Shown here: piece by piece, positions 61,034-64,000 of the stretch
How positions within the stretch are numbered: position 1 is the stretch's first letter
Layout: every line of letters begins with the position of its first letter
Assembly (NCBI GenBank): GCA_951406725.2
Contig: OX597817.1
Coordinates: forward strand, 46,500,001 to 46,564,000
Direction of reading: 5' to 3'
Source of the DNA: Octopus vulgaris
Taxonomy: Eukaryota
DNA: 64,000 nucleotides
Translations under genes and position numbers: made by a program
Notes under the pieces: model-generated
Seen by the model: only the letters and a program-made list of their open reading frames with translations
Told to the model about the DNA's origin: nothing
The model's database searches: none

Positions 61034-61719
61034 TTTAGAATATAATATATGTCTTTAAGTGTACCAATAGTTTCATACGTTGAGAAATATCTCAAACATA
61101 TGGTTCAGGCATAAACTACGCATGACATCTAAAAAGAAAAATAAATAATTGAATGAACGCGGAAAAACTAAGGTACCAAACTGAGTTCTTTCTTTGTTGA
61201 AATTTCTTTCACCGAACAGTACATTATGTATGTATATATATAAATATAGGAAGATAGCTGTAAATATGTCCATACATACACACATATGTGTGTATATATA
61301 CATATTTATAAATATATATATAACTATAGGAAGATAGATATAAATATGTATATACATATTATACCTATATGTTTTTATATGTATATGTATATATACATAT
61401 TATTTTGTCTCTGTGTGTTTAAAATATACATATATTATGAAATCAAAGAGACGAGTCAGGTGACACATTTCATGGCAACGAATAATACGGATTTGTTTAT
61501 TTCACAAAACGGTGACTCATTGCCGTGTTAATAATTGAACATTTGTTTTCACTCACCGAGTTGATAATCCGTGTCACACGTCCTCCTTTGCAGGATGTTT
61601 TATTGATATCTAAGATCACTCTTTGAAATAATATGATACGTATGTGTGTGAGTGTGTATGTGTGTATGCTTGTTAGCGTATACGTGGACGTGTGTATGTG
61701 TATGAGTATGTACGTAGAC

Positions 61720-61750
<31 letters not shown>

Positions 61751-61811
61751 ATATATATATATAATATATATATATAATATATATATAAATATATATATAT
61801 ATAAGAGGAGG

Positions 61812-61857
<46 letters not shown>

Positions 61858-61910
61858 TACAACTATAAATATAGTTATAGATACAAACGTGAGTATATTG
61901 ATGTAAAACA

Positions 61911-61941
<31 letters not shown>

Positions 61942-61942
61942 C

Positions 61943-62011
<69 letters not shown>

Positions 62012-62119
62012 CATACATACATATATACATACATATATACATACATAGATAGATACATACATATATATATATATATATACATACATATATGTATATGTAT
62101 ATGTATATATTTATACATA

Positions 62120-62490
62120 CGTAGGAGTGGCTGTGTGTTAAGTAGCTTGCTTACGAACCACATGCGTGGCACCTTGGGTAAGTGTTTTCTACTATAGCCT
62201 CGGGCCGATTTGGTAGACGGAAACTGAAAGAAGCCCGTCATATATATGTATATATATATATGGGTGTGTATGTGTGTGCATACGTTTGTGTGTCTGTGTT
62301 TGTCCGCCCCCAACATCGCTTGACAACCGATGCTGGTGTGTTTACATCTTACGTCCCCGTAACTTAGCGGTTCAGCAAAAGACCGATAGAATAAGTACTA
62401 GGCTTAAAAGGAATAAGTCCTGGGGTCGATTTGCTCGAATAAAAGGCGGTGCTCCAGCATTTCCACAAGTAAAAGAGTAAAAGAGTAAAG
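62120..62490 (+). mobile_element. SINE family B
   Basis: Matches the 26503 copy. Confidence 0.9.
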
Positions 62491-62833
62491 AGTATGCATG
62501 AATATATATATATGGCTATATATGTGTGCGAATGTGTGTATGTGTGTTTATGTGAACGTGCAGAGATGTATGAATATTTACAAAAATCGCCATTTATATA
62601 CGCACACAAGTGTGTGTGAGTGTACATGTGTATGTGCATGTGTGTGTGAGTGTACATGTGTATGTGCATGTGTGTGTGAGTGTACATGTGTATGTGCATG
62701 TGTGTGTGTGGAGCTAAATATGAACATAATTGTGTATGAGTATATATGTGTGTCTCTGTCTATGAGTCTGTATGAGAATATAAATGTATACAAATAAATA
62801 TATATATATGCGTGTAATCTGTGTGTATGCATG

Positions 62834-62906
<73 letters not shown>

Positions 62907-63018
62907 ATATGTATGTATGTATATATGTATATGTATGTATGTATGTATATATATGTGTATATATATATATATGTGTGTGTGTATCTATATAGATATATGT
63001 GTATACATACATATATAT

Positions 63019-63065
<47 letters not shown>

Positions 63066-63069
63066 TATG

Positions 63070-63131
<62 letters not shown>

Positions 63132-63410
63132 TTGCTTGTGTGTGTACAAAAGTGCGCTTATATACACGTGTGTGTCTGCGTGTATGAGTGCGTGTGCATT
63201 TTTGTGTGTGTGTGTGATCGTGTGTATTTACAAAACGAAGCCAAAGAGCACTTAATACGGTTTATATTTATTGGGAAATCATAGTCGTATTAATAATTGA
63301 ACGTTTGTTTCAACTTTCCGAGTTGACAATTTATGTCACACGTCTACTTTTGTAGAATATTTTATTAATACCGATGATCACATATTCTAGAAACACACAA
63401 ACACACATAT

Positions 63411-63481
<71 letters not shown>

Positions 63482-63529
63482 TATGTATATATATATAGAT
63501 AGATACATGTGTGTCTATACACCCACATG

Positions 63530-63562
<33 letters not shown>

Positions 63563-63705
63563 ATACATATATGTATATATATATGCCTATGAATGCATGC
63601 ATCTATGTATATATGTACGGTTGTATATATTACGTAGGTAGGTCTATCTATCTACAGTCTCTCTTTCTCTCTCTCTTGCTATATATATATGTATATATGT
63701 ATATA

Positions 63706-63809
<104 letters not shown>

Positions 63810-64000
63810 ATATATATATATATATATGTATGTATATATATACCTCGGTGGGAATGAGTGCTCAACACCATATTTGTAGATAAACATACTATATTTGTGG
63901 GTTGACAAGGCAAGATATTTTTCATGTGAAGAGATCTTCGCAGTTGTCCAAACACGGCACACGGATGTGCTGGCGCACGACTCTACCTTCACATGAAACC

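Noticed and set aside
61500-63390. ~110-bp similarity between 61525-61630 and 63285-63392
   Set aside because: Diverged copies of an unclassified repeat with no informative structure seen

Overview
AT-rich, microsatellite-saturated eukaryotic DNA with no recognisable host exon. The SINE families and (TA)n/(TG)n/(GATA)n density suggest a cephalopod (Octopus-like) genome; that is inference. Most ORF-track entries are microsatellite artefacts. Conventional content: dozens of tRNA-derived SINEs, a 5'-truncated and decayed CR1/L2-group LINE (21665-25711) plus four fragments, an R2/R4-type RLE-LINE fragment, a deleted mariner, a Tc1 pseudogene and non-autonomous Helitron-like elements. The main result is a set of small non-coding elements carrying type-I hammerhead ribozyme (HHR) motifs, mostly inserted in or beside (TA)n tracts. 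The clearest is a young array of about 9.2 copies of a ~616-bp unit (46078-51749). Each unit has a canonical-core HHR with a ~71-nt AT-rich stem II extension, a palindromic stem III and a GUU site, consistent with a large retrozyme-like circular RNA copied by rolling reverse transcription. About ten other dispersed HHR-like motifs occur, two with compensatory U3-A8 or A3-U8 cores, several inside Penelope-style inverted duplications. The LINE also has an in-phase U-UUU-UUA slippery site at its ORF1/ORF2 overlap, suggesting -1 frameshifting. All folds were read by eye and no activity is demonstrated.
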